From a virus (Duplodnaviria > Caudoviricetes), in the IMG/VR virus record IMGVR_UViG_3300034777_000158, positions 1 to 46,538 of that record: 46,538 nucleotides of DNA. One strand, given 5' to 3'. The notes under the pieces were generated by a model that was not told the origin of the DNA, did no database searches, and saw nothing but the letters and a program-made list of their open reading frames with translations. Within the stretch, counting starts at the first letter, position 1, and every line of letters begins with the position of its first letter. Positions 46,469-46,538 of the stretch are shown here, in pieces. The position numbers and the translations under genes were made by a program.

Positions 46469-46538
46469 GACCCACCTGACTCTGTAGATTCATCGCATTC
46501 TTTACCATAAACAAAGCACTGGTAACCTAAGTTTGTCG
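46465..46538 (-). CDS. 3' end of a truncated hypothetical gene
   Basis: ...TNLGYQCFVYGKECDESTESGGS*, ATGA-coupled to the next gene. Confidence 0.4.
   Translation of the reverse strand, partial: TNLGYQCFVYGKECDESTESGGS

Larger units (their letters stand above)
1..46538. mobile_element. Temperate tailed bacteriophage genome segment (podovirus-like), unintegrated attP form
   Basis: Replication genes on +, capsid/tail/lysis genes on -, integrase plus intact attP between them, no host housekeeping genes. Ejection-type proteins are present and no tape measure protein was recognised. Confidence 0.95.

Overview
This 46.5 kb window is most of a temperate tailed-phage genome, probably podovirus-like. 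CsrA, IHF sites and a lambda-CI-like HTH suggest a proteobacterial, probably gammaproteobacterial, host. The + strand (1-11253) carries the replication module: DUF3310, PolA with Leu762, a CsrA homologue, primase-helicase, PD-(D/E)XK nuclease, Gp88-like protein, SNF2 helicase, putative SSB, VRR-NUC, XRE repressor and excisionase. A tyrosine integrase follows, with an intact attP whose core matches the 3' end of a tRNA-Ser, beside IHF and arm-type sites. The - strand (12.6-46.5 kb) carries the late module: capsid, adaptors, ejection proteins (one with NADAR and zincin domains), lysis genes and several fibres. The most striking feature is a ~1060-aa Thr/Ser-rich protein whose two 418-aa arms mirror each other exactly in repeat length, with aromatic residues facing basic ones. 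This suggests a giant antiparallel beta-hairpin fibre with a tip domain. It is followed by a tightly packed cassette of glycosyltransferase-, sulfotransferase- and cupin/oxygenase-like genes. A TATTAG-N5-CTAATA palindrome recurs in front of early and late transcription units. All calls come from reading motifs by eye; no searches were run.
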